Positions 1 through 9,894 of a stretch of 32,420 bases of DNA are shown in pieces; position 1 is the stretch's first letter; each line of letters opens with the position of its first letter. The notes below the pieces were generated by a model. That model was not told the origin of the DNA, ran no database searches, and was given only the letters and a program-made list of their open reading frames with translations. Position numbers and translations under genes: made by a program. This DNA is from Nemertoderma westbladi (lineage: Eukaryota; Animalia; Xenacoelomorpha): positions 1 through 32,420 of the forward strand of contig JAUCBJ010008469.1 of assembly GCA_032718475.1 (NCBI GenBank). The letters are read 5' to 3'.

Positions 1-747
1 TTATCGAAAGTATAAACTGTTACCTAACTCACTTAATTTAACTGCATTAATCATATTGTTTGTACTGTTATTTTACTGTCAGTTATTAATTGTATCTATT
101 TGTTGATGGAAATATTGCTCTTTGGAGAATACGGATAAATCACCCAAAATTCCCAATTTTCTTGATACACTACAGGTTAGAGAGACGGGCTATATATAAC
201 AATTGCGATTTATATTAATGTGGTGTGTATTGAATCTAATGTTATTTAGCAGACCCTACATGAGTCAATTACTGCTCTCTTTATGTGTGATCAAATATAC
301 TGACGGTCGGCAGAATAGTGTGCATGATTGTGATTGGTAACAAAGTATTTCCTAAAGAATACGCTTTATACTTTAATCATAAGCGGTATCGTTGCGTTTT
401 AGTATAAGTCTTAGTTCTGTTTAAATAGATAGAGCGCCACGTCCTAAAGGAACTGTTAATATTTCCCGAAAGCCAATAATATTTGTCAGGAATTAATTAT
501 TATCGATCTATCGAATAATACAGTAAGTTTACGCTGCAACCTTACACTGCAATAATAAAATTTAAGCATCCGAATTCAGCCTCCCGGGTGTAGATCCATC
601 GGGTGAATGATCGCGCATGGGCTGACTTCGGCTAATGTTTTGCGTATTAGCATAAAATATTGTCGTATGCTAAAGGTGTTTTAATTAACTAAAAGACATA
701 TAAATTTTGGCAGGTTAAACTGCTAAAGGTCTACAAAAGCGCGAACA
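1..747 (+). mobile_element. Diverged LTR (solo or 3' LTR, cut by the window edge) of the same BEL/Pao family as 16041-28601, in opposite orientation
   Basis: Its reverse complement aligns along about 27430-28170. For example agagcgccacgtcctaaaggaactgttaatatttcccgaaag (431-472) is the exact reverse complement of 16166-16207. Homology stops at ...GCGCGAACA (747), a canonical CA LTR end, and LINE-derived sequence follows. Confidence 0.85.
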
Positions 748-1610
748 GGAGCCGTTGGGCTCCCTCTAGTGATTCTGAAGGTACTCCTACTGTATGTAAG
801 TCATCAGCAAATTCTAGATCAGTTAGGTACTTGGCAGGATTTCCTCACTTCTGGAGCCAGTAGGTGGAGTTATCATCACCCCATCATCATTATGATGGTC
901 TAAGGACATGCGTAGAACATAGTCAACCACAATTATGAACAAGAATGGTGCAAGTGTGTCTCCCTGGAGGACGCCCCACAACACTTCAAATGGTTCTGTG
1001 TCACCGTCAACAGTAGACACAAATGTTGTCGAACCATCGTATACTGATCTGATTGCTGCAATAATTTCATCAGGAATCCCATACAATGAAAGTATGCTGA
1101 ACATACGTGAGCGAGAGACTGAATCAAAGGCCTTGGAGAAGTCAACAAAGATAACAGCCAGATGCCTGTCTTTCTTTTTTTGATAACTCTTCAATTATCC
1201 TTCTAAGTGCCAAAATGGGCTCCATGGCCCCACGACCTTTACGGAACCCATTCTGATTTCCACGGAGCAGTCTCTCAATGGGATCCCTGATGCGATTTAA
1301 TAGAATTCTATTGTATAGCTTTGCAGCAATCGAGATCAATGAGATTCCCCGAAAAGAACCATAGAGTGCTAGGTTGCCCTTCTTGGGAACTGGCACCAAC
1401 TTATTTGTTTTCATTTCTTGTGGGACTCTTGTTGTTCGGTACATGTCTACTATGATGGGATAGATGAGCTTTAAACACTCAGGTATTTTAAAGACCTCAG
1501 GGGGAACACCATCTACTCCACTTGGCACGATATTGGCCTTAATGCTCTTTGCAGCAGCCTTAACTTCTGCAAAGAAGATATCGCCAATGGGAATATCAGT
1601 GAGTATAGAC
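748..1610 (-). pseudogene. Frameshifted reverse-transcriptase fragment of a non-LTR retrotransposon (RTE-like LINE)
   Basis: Minus-strand motifs occur in order across frames: ISFAEVKAA..K...SGVDGVPPE, LVPVPKKGNL, FRGISLISIAAKLY, QNGFRKGR, frameshift near 1170, FVDFSKAFDSV, GVLQGDTLAPFLF, then TDLEFADDL (about 796-824). The clade assignment is from motif resemblance only. Confidence 0.92.
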
Positions 1611-2399
1611 TCAAGACACTTTTACTATGTAAGGACCAGCCGACCACTTGCGACTTAATCTCAGTTCAGTGTGTCGAATAGTCGTCGCCTTTACCTGTAC
1701 AGTATAACATATATAAGAATAATAGAATTATCATATAAATAGTATTACTTAAAGTACATTTAGTACTTTATAAGAAATTATTATTTAGCCGTACAATAAG
1801 CATTGCACCAATCATATTGCCTAAAACGAGATGAGTTCTAGTTAATTATAGACAAGAAGGCTTATTGTGATAGGCCGCGACCTGCCGACTGGGTACGGCC
1901 ATTAGTCGCCAAAAACGGGTCGAATGAGATTTGCGTCGAGTTTCCACCCCTGTATCCCCATAGCCAACGCTATCCCAGGAGGCGGTATGTTGTTTCTACA
2001 CTACACAATACAGTATGATAAAGACGTAAAACGAGCAATAGATTTGGCAACAGATGGAGAAAAAAAAGTATGCATAGTACAGTAGTAGTACACAGTACTG
2101 CAGTACAGCAGTAGGCCTACGTCATCAAACTGCTGAACTGTCAACTGCAGAACTGTATTTTGCAGAACGTGGAAGCGTGGAATGGTTACATTTACAGCTT
2201 ACTGAGGTCAGGCTGCTGACCTGCTGCAATAATTATTACTACTGTCTGACTGTACTGACAGACTGGCAGACTGATCACTGAAGTAGGCCTACAGAAGTAA
2301 CCTACAGCCTAGGTCTTCATACACCAGTCCACAGTCAGCAGGTCAGCCAGTAGGCCTACACAGCCTACCACCACACCAGGCTGCTACTGTGCTAACCAC

Positions 2400-2915
2400 T
2401 ACGGAACCGCGCACAACAGCACAACGCCTGCGCATTATTGGACATTATACCGCGCATGCACCGAAAAAAACACGCATACCACATTTTAACAAAAAAAAAC
2501 AAACGGAAATACATTCGCTCCCGCCTGCCCGCGAGCGAAGCGAGCAAAATTTTTTCATTCACAACTGCACAATACAAAATGGAAAAGAAACGCCAGAACG
2601 CGAGCAAAACTCAAAGCGAGCGAAATGTAGACATTTGAGCAATCTGACAATGCAAAATGGAAAGAAACGCGAGCGAAGCGAGCGAATTTTTTTGTGGCAA
2701 ATTATTTTTCTCACTTTGCAAGCATGTTAACTTTTTTACAGCTCATCTGCCTGTCAGCCTGTCCGCGCACTTTATGACTTTTGATATTTTGCACAGATTC
2801 CTGCGCACTTTTGTTGTCTTTCACATGATTTCGCGCCCTTTTCTGCTTTTATTTCAATTCCGCGCGCTTTTACCGCGCACTAGGCCCTATATCAAATACC
2901 GTACGCGCACAACGC
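2400..2915. repeat. Probable MITE/repeat remnant upstream of the PRA1 gene
   Basis: Repeated ccgcgca motifs and gcgagcgaagcgagc motifs (about 2531, 2670). The latter recurs reversed at about 14385, 14505 and 32012 inside other elements. No convincing TIR or TSD. Confidence 0.35.
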
Positions 2916-3002
2916 GTTGCGATTTTTGCACTTCATTTGCAGCCTGGTCACCACACACCAGCACACCACTTCAGCACTTAACCAGATAACAGGATAACAA
3001 TA

Positions 3003-3674
3003 ATGAAGGAACCGTTATTGGAGAATGTTCAGTTGGATATGGAGGGTGTGGAAGGCGACATTGACCCAGTCGAGGAGTCAGACAGCCTCCAAACGAAGAG
3101 TCGTTACCGCGCGCTGTTGGATCGGATCAAATCGAACGCGATAGTGAGTCGAGTCTGCGTGCCGAGTCGTCCATGGATCGAGTTCCTTCACATCTCCAAG
3201 TACAGCAGCCCAGGGTCCGCCGCTAACGCAGGGGGGAGAGTCATCCGAAATCTACACAAGTTCCAAGGGAATTACTATATGATAATATTACTTCTAATCA
3301 CTTATTGTGTCATCACAAATCCTTTGCTACTAATTGCTATGAGTATTCTATGTGCCGGTTGTCTTTATATTAATTCATTCCTTAACGGACGGAGTATTAC
3401 CATCGGAAACAAAGAGTTTACCACCAGTCAGCAGTACGGTATCGTTATCTGCATCTCTATCCCGTTGTTATTCCTCGGAGGTGCAACTTCCACTGTGTTC
3501 TGGATCATCGGGGCCTCTTTCTTCGTTGTTCTCCTCCACTCTATGGCGTACTCCATCGAGGATGATACATCCGCTGCCGGTACGACGGATGTGGCAGCGT
3601 TAGGGTCGCGTTTCCAGCAGTTTATCGGCCAAACGCCGGCTTCACAGACTGTCCCCCCGGCTGTCAGTGTTTAG
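3003..3674 (+). CDS. RABAC1: PRA1 family protein (prenylated Rab acceptor 1 / Yip3-like), 223 aa, single-exon CDS
   Basis: Complete ATG-TAG ORF. It has the PRA1 signature RPWxEF...P......R+.RNL..FQGNY, two long hydrophobic hairpin segments and the C-terminal FW++GAS..+V++H motif. AATAAA occurs downstream at 3881 and 3976. Confidence 0.93.
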   Translation: MKEPLLENVQLDMEGVEGDIDPVEESDSLQTKSRYRALLDRIKSNAIVSRVCVPSRPWIEFLHISKYSSPGSAANAGGRVIRNLHKFQGNYYMIILLLITYCVITNPLLLIAMSILCAGCLYINSFLNGRSITIGNKEFTTSQQYGIVICISIPLLFLGGATSTVFWIIGASFFVVLLHSMAYSIEDDTSAAGTTDVAALGSRFQQFIGQTPASQTVPPAVSV

Positions 3675-4559
3675 GCCTAACTGCCCCCTAACAGATATCC
3701 CCCTTTACAACCACCATCAATTTAGTGTCCCCCTTTGGTGCCCCGGGTTTTATTCTATTGCCGGTATATTTTTGAATTAATATTTAATAACACTAAACTT
3801 ATGATGCCAGTACCCCAACATTTTATTTACTCTTACTAAAATACTGTGTTAAACTGTATCAATTATTGAAACATGGGAAAAATAAATAATTTATAGGAGT
3901 TAAAAAATATTGATCTTATTTTCTTGTCAATATATTTATTTATTTATTTTAATGTTATATTGGGTGCATCTCATGAATAAATGAAGCAACTGTGGTATAA
4001 ATTATCTTTATCTTAGCAACAATTTTCGTACGCAAGTCTGCGCTCTGCAACAAGATCCACACCAATTAGTCTATGGCGTATTTATGTTTCCTTAATTGTC
4101 AAATGAGTTCTAACACTATTGTTCTTCATCTTGGCTGCTTGGCTTGATATAAAACTAAAACTCTGTATCACTTAACTAATTCCTACGAAGTTCTCAGAAT
4201 CTCAAACTCAGGATCCATTGTAACTATAGATTTAAATGCTTGGACCTCTATTGATCTGTTTAATAATCATTCGTTCTCCACTTGTTAGCATTTTTACATT
4301 TTGGATATTGGAAAAAAATATAATCCTTCTTAGAAAATCCTCCTTGTGGTAAGATATTTGAAACTTTATTTCAGTCCGGGGATAAATATTGTTTATTTAT
4401 TTCACATCTCTATATGGTACAGCGTGAGATGGTACAGTGTAGAGAGAGAGATGGTATAGCGTATATGTACTTGGCTAGATGTGAAAGAGTAATAAACTTG
4501 GCAAGTAAAATACTTCTCTACAGTTTGGGCCTATCCATTCAATCAATAGTAGTAGCTTA

Positions 4560-4800
4560 CTAGGCCCGCATGAGCACCAGCAGCTGGTGTTTCTCTTTCT
4601 ATCATTGAGTTGATGGAATTTTCGTGTTTTGGGACTATTTTTCGAAATAAAAAAGACACTTTAATAATTTTTTTCGACACTTTTTTTTTACACATCCTGG
4701 GTTTGAGCTCCGTCGATTGATATAACTTTCCATTGACGGACGAGCAATAGCTTCGGAGGAGTTTACCCGATATATATATACATACATACATAGCTAGTGA
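4560..4800 (-). mobile_element. Non-autonomous Helitron-like remnant
   Basis: The minus strand ends with hairpin CACCAGC-T-GCTGGTG (4575-4589), 11 nt, then CTAG|T (4560-4563), which is the classic Helitron 3' signature. A (TA)n(CATA)n microsatellite lies at about 4770-4791. The 5' boundary is not determined. Confidence 0.5.
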
Positions 4801-4939
4801 ATACTTTTACAGTTAAGAGGTCCTAAAACGGTCTTCTAATAAATGTCTTCATAAATCTGAGACTTTCCACACAATCAAGATTAGATCATCCCTCTCCAGG
4901 GGAAAGTAGACGCAAATGACAGCTGGTTAGTCTAAAAGT

Positions 4940-5080
4940 TTCGTTTATTGTTTTGGTTAGAATAACATGGGACTGTAAACAAACCGCTATCTTCCCTTAA
5001 TTGGTAAATTAACATTGAGACAAGATATTAATTCACCGAGATGGGATTTGCGTGAGATCTGATTTTGGATTTGTAAATTA
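4940..5080 (+). repeat. Dispersed repeat copy (family also at about 11050-11150, 30200-30375 and, reversed, 32240-32420)
   Basis: Shared core gtttattgttttggtta(g/a)aataa, plus tgagacaagatatt(a/t)att shared with the 30200-30375 copy. Confidence 0.7.
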
Positions 5081-5497
5081 AATTGTTAAACTAGAATATT
5101 GTTCATTAGTTTCAGTTATATGTCCATAAAATAGTGTTAAAATGAACTCGAACGCGCGCGACAAACACAAAAGAACTAGGGATGTCCCGGAATCGATATT
5201 TTGATTCCGGCCGGAACCGGAATTCAACATGGCGGAATATTCCGGCCGGAACCGGAATTTTTTATAAATTAGTGAAATACACTAAATTACTCATGAAATG
5301 ATGACCCGTGAAATAATTGAATTTTGGCACATTACGGCCTATTATGGGGACGGGAGGGGGGGTACTTCGGCCTTATGCAACAGGGAATTCAATTTCATTA
5401 TTTTTTCAAATACCTATATCCTTGGCCAAAAGTTAGGTTTTTAGGCTCCTACCTAAAAACCTACGTTGACCAGCGGTTTCGGATTTCCTGGTTTCGC

Positions 5498-5734
5498 GTC
5501 TTTGGGTCGTTTCGTGCAATATCCCGGTGTCGTTAAGGGAAATGAGCATGTTGCAGTGACATGTTATTCGAACCAGAACAATAAACGAGAGTTAATAGTA
5601 CATCTTACAGTTTAATTTTGCTGGGAATACTGTAAATAGATTTCTGGTAAGAAATTTTCTGTAAATATAAATAAACATACTGTATTATATGCAGCACATA
5701 CGACGCAGGGAATATTGACGCATGACCCAACGAC
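5498..5734. repeat. Degenerate inverted repeat pair (old nested MITE?)
   Basis: gtctttgggtcgtttcgtgcaatatcccggtgtcgt (5498-5533) is an imperfect reverse complement of acgacgcagggaatattgacgcatgacccaacgac (5700-5734). No TSD found. Confidence 0.45.
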
Positions 5735-6494
5735 CACACTTGCAGGAACTAAAGACGCAGGACCTGTACGTAGTGTAATAACGTTTTATATTAGTTCTAG
5801 GTTAGCCTAGTGTATTTGTGTAATATTGTATTTGTAACCAAGTTACATGAAGGACTTCCTTGGAAATAAGCTGCAAAGCTTTAGGGGTAATCCTGTTGGA
5901 CAATACCAATATTAATATTATCATATTATTTAATAATTATATCAAAGTAAAATAATGTAAAATAAATGCATAATAATGTAAATCAATCTAAAAAACGTCA
6001 CTTTATAAGCAAATTGCAAAACCACTGGTTAAGGCCCATGTTTCACTGGTAAGTCTTATGTCGTAAGTCAAAATATATTATGGAACACCAACACATTGGT
6101 TTCAATGGGAGCGTCTCTACCTCTCTACTCTACTGGTAAATCGTAAGTAACGACTTACGGGCGAAAGTGATTATGTCCCATGTTCAATCTTTTTTTGACA
6201 AACGACACATGACTTATGGTATGCTGAAAGCCTGGATTGATACCTTTTGGTATAGAAATACTGTATTTTGTAAATGTGAGACTCATCTTATATTTTTAAC
6301 AAATGACTTTTTACTTATGTGTTACCAGTGGAGCAAGGGAGGTGTAATTTTGGCGTTCTAAAAACAGGGTCAGGTGACAATTTTTTGGAAATGTGATGCA
6401 TACCCATCAAGACTAAATTGACTTAAAATAAGGGGGTGGCAGAAATTGTCCCTCGTTACAGGTTCATTAGGTTCCACCTTGGTTGCATTGAATT

Positions 6495-6663
6495 CCCATC
6501 TCTCTGGAGGTTGTGGGTTCGAACCTCGCATGGGCCACGGCAGTTTTCTTTTAGGTACGAATGATTTGAAGTGGTTAGAAGGGGGTATCTCTATCTCCGC
6601 CTTGCATCCTTAAATGGTAGCTCTAAGCTAACGGCCGAAGAAAACTTTACTTCTTTACTTTTT
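6495..6663 (+). mobile_element. tRNA-derived SINE remnant nested in the hAT element
   Basis: Pol III B-box GGTTCGAACC (6516-6525) in a tRNA T-arm-like context, about 120-bp body, and a short-repeat tail actttacttctttactttt (6644-6663). No clear A-box. Confidence 0.55.
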
Positions 6664-8748
6664 GTACAAGTGTTAACTAGTACTGCATCTTAAACAATAG
6701 TTTGTAAGTATATGTTAAAAAAAATATATAAATTTTGATAATATTTTAACAAACTAATTGGCAACTATCAAACTACTTAGGAAACTGGTAATTCCGGTAA
6801 AATTCCGGCCGGAATTGACCCCATTCCGGCAATTCTGGCCGGAACCGGAATCGGGCAATAACCGCCGGAATTCCGGCCGGAACGGAATTCCGGGACATCC
6901 CTAAAAAGAACCATCTCCCATGATTTTGCGCAGAAATCCCGTTATCGGCCGATGGTGTGGATAAACCCGATGTAACACATGGTCATCCATTATTCCTAAT
7001 GGAGATATATAAAACAAAATAGTTCAATTGTTTAAACTCGAAATGTAGTAATATTAATACCTCAATAAACATATTTCCGAAACGTAAGTTAATAAAAATG
7101 GAAGTAATATTTATACTAAGTAATACACGATAAGCGCAGCGGTTCAATTAAAAAAAACTCCAGATAAATATTAATTTCGCAGCAATTAAATAGTAGTTAG
7201 GCTTTTTTACACTCATTTAATACAGTTTTCTTTAATTTTGATGACATTTTTCGCAGTAGTCTTAATAAACTTACAACGAATCTAAGGCAAATAAGATAGG
7301 ATGTTGACTCTTAGTTAAATATAAACTTTCTTGGTAATAAGGATTGTTAACTAAATAATTAATAAAACATAATTCAGGAACATTAATAATTACGTCACTT
7401 AATAAAATATATTAAATTAACAGATTTTGATACGAAGGAACTAATTTGGCAATGGAAGGAAACCATGGCAAACCGGCGTTCTACCAACTATGTAGTTATA
7501 CAAAGTGATAGTTATCGTTCTAGTAAAACACAAAAAGGCAAACCGAAACTAAATGGCGGTAACAACGGCAATTTAGACGCCGAAATATAAAATAAAATGA
7601 TAATAAATTTAAACTCATTAATAGTTTACTGATCCGCAGCAGAAAGGTGCAGAATTTACTTTACAGAGTAGTAAATACTACAGTAATGAGTAACGTAATA
7701 ATTGTGTACCGGTAATGATTAGCACTTTATTACCCCTAAAGATATAAAGTTGACTAGAAATTGATACTAATATACTGCAGCGTATATAATTAATTAAATA
7801 GGATTTATTTAAACACTAAAAGTTATTTAATTACGTTATTATAATTATCAACTTCAGATAATAATACCAATAATAATTGTTAATATGAAAAGTGAAACAT
7901 AATTATAGACCCAAAGGATATGGAATGAGATTTTCTGTAAAGTTAACGTAGGAAGCGGTCGCTAGGAAACGGTCGCAAACAATACTGACTTAAATCACTG
8001 ATGATCTATTTATAAATAATTAGAAAATATCTAAAATGCACAAAAACAACATTATTTATTTTTTATATATCTCGATCTGTCGACATTTTTTCTACATATA
8101 AAACTACGTATATAAATCTTAAAACATAATTATTAATTAATTAATAATTATTCTACAGTAAACATGTAAATAAACGCTAATTATATAACCGGGAAACCAG
8201 CAACAAACCAAAGCGGCTACAATTTATATTTACTAGGAAAAGCATAAATATCGGTTAGTTCGAATATAAAAACAAACGGTTTTAATTAGTCGGGCGGCTT
8301 AGACGGAAAATCACAGAAAATAATTTGTGTAAAATTGATGTAAATAATAGAGTTGGAAGGGATTTTATCTTACAACTACAAGGTGTAGGATAATTCTACA
8401 TTGAATTAATAAATTTATATGAATTTAGATTATTAGTTCAAGATTCTACTTTATATTGCTGCATAACGTTAATAACTAATGGATTCTATAAAATCTTTAG
8501 ATGAACTATCACTAAAAATATTCAATCAAATAAAAAATGTGTTACTTTCCTCAGGTTTCTCTAACCCTCTAAGCCACCAGACTATAATAACAATTTTAAT
8601 TAAACTAGTTAAGTTATTAGATAAGATTTAGGGAACTCTGGCGGGCCGGTCCCCCAAAGGCGAATTCAGCTGAATATTTGGAAGTAGAGAGAGATTCCAT
8701 AGGTCTATAAGCACAGCGCGAATCCAAACAATAAGGACCTAGAAGCGG

Positions 8749-9693
8749 CTAGAAGGTGTCGGTTCGTCTCAGGGATTCTCGATTCTTCCGACGTTCGGCT
8801 TCCCGACTCAAGAGATCAGCCTCCTCTATCTCATCCTCGACTTGCCGCGCGAACAGGAAGGCCAAGAACACGGCAATGAACTGGGGGATCAAACAGATGA
8901 AAACGAAGACTATGATGACAACCATGTTGTCGGTCATCCATTGTACGACCACGTCGATGCAGCCGTTAATGTAGATCTTGTCGATGATCTCCAACGGCGA
9001 TTTGACGCCCTTCCGAACGCCGAATCCGCATTGCGAGTTGACTACGAAATCGTCGGTGATGTCCTGTCGGCAGCAACTCCAGGGAACTCCGTCGGAACTC
9101 GCCATTGCCGTTGAAGCCTTGCCTGACTGCCCCGCGCTGAAGTAGATGTTGTTCTCCCAATCATCGGGGCTGTTCCCGCCGCAGCACTTCAACCGCGATT
9201 GGATCGCGTCGATCGCGTTCTGGAAGTCGATATCGTCGTAGTAATTCTCGATAGAAATTTCGACAGAAGTCCCTAGGACACCCCTCGCTTGATTCTGAAA
9301 GGCTACGGCGAGGATACCAATAATGATCTGTAGAATGAGGAGAACTGCCAGACTGATGGCGTAGATCTTGAGGAAGATGATGTTCTCGCGGAGGGAACCG
9401 AGGCAACCAAGAAGAGCGAGAAGGAATACGAGGGTCCCCACGACAATGAGGAGGATGGATGGGCTGGTAATCAGTGAGGAAGCCACGTCGATTTGCGATT
9501 TGAGTATCTGAGCCCAGATACCTAGACCCACGACAACGAGGCCTAGCAACCAGAAGAACACGTTGAAAGCGAAGATGATGTACTTAAGGATATTGTGGGT
9601 ACACTCATTGACTTCGCAGAAGAGACAGAAATGTTGCTTAGGAGCCCTCCGCCTTCTTGGTCTCCTTCTCACAACGTCAGGTTCGTCAGCCAT
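8749..9693 (-). CDS. Tetraspanin of the TspanC8 subfamily (TSPAN5/14/15/17/33-like), 314 aa, single-exon CDS
   Basis: Four transmembrane segments. Motifs KY++F.FN..FW, GCLGSLREN..FLK, NYYDDIDFQN.ID..Q...CCG....DW..N.YF, GVP.SCC, N.QCG and IY..GC are characteristic of TspanC8. The exact orthologue cannot be resolved by eye. Confidence 0.95.
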   Translation of the reverse strand: MADEPDVVRRRPRRRRAPKQHFCLFCEVNECTHNILKYIIFAFNVFFWLLGLVVVGLGIWAQILKSQIDVASSLITSPSILLIVVGTLVFLLALLGCLGSLRENIIFLKIYAISLAVLLILQIIIGILAVAFQNQARGVLGTSVEISIENYYDDIDFQNAIDAIQSRLKCCGGNSPDDWENNIYFSAGQSGKASTAMASSDGVPWSCCRQDITDDFVVNSQCGFGVRKGVKSPLEIIDKIYINGCIDVVVQWMTDNMVVIIVFVFICLIPQFIAVFLAFLFARQVEDEIEEADLLSREAERRKNRESLRRTDTF

Positions 9694-9894
9694 TATCAGA
9701 TTATTAAATATTCAAGGATTTTCTATTAGTCTATGCTGCTATGCAACGAAGACTCTTGCAGTCCGCAGTGCTGTCCACACCACAAAATTTGACAGGCTAT
9801 CAGTTTAGGCCTACCGGTTAATGCAAAATGTACGTACTAGTTTAGAACTGTACGTCAGTACGTAGTAAAGTTTAGAACCTAAATCAGTAAATGT

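Larger units (their letters stand above)
5177..6903. mobile_element. Non-autonomous hAT-like DNA transposon (1727 bp)
   Basis: TIR TAGGGATGTCCCGGAAT...ATTCCGGGACATCCCTA. Perfect 8-bp TSD AAAAGAAC (5169-5176 and 6904-6911). Subterminal TTCCGGCCGGAA palindromes at both ends. No transposase ORF. Confidence 0.92.

Noticed and set aside
1628-2000. Possible solo LTR (TGTAAG...CTACA) bounding the LINE fragment
   Set aside because: Only a 3-bp flank match (cta) and no second copy in the window, so it cannot be supported.
6034-6338. Possible nested MITE (cactggtaa...ttaccagtg inverted ends)
   Set aside because: The inverted match is short and degenerate, with no TSD.
6920-8740. Long AT-rich tract between the genes as a hidden gene or ncRNA
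   Set aside because: No ORF, repeat or structure was recognised. It is compatible with tetraspanin 3' UTR or intergenic DNA, but this cannot be shown from sequence.
8756-9808. Short ORFs overlapping the tetraspanin, PRA1 and gag ORFs
   Set aside because: They are alternative-frame or antisense by-products of real coding sequence with no independent motifs.
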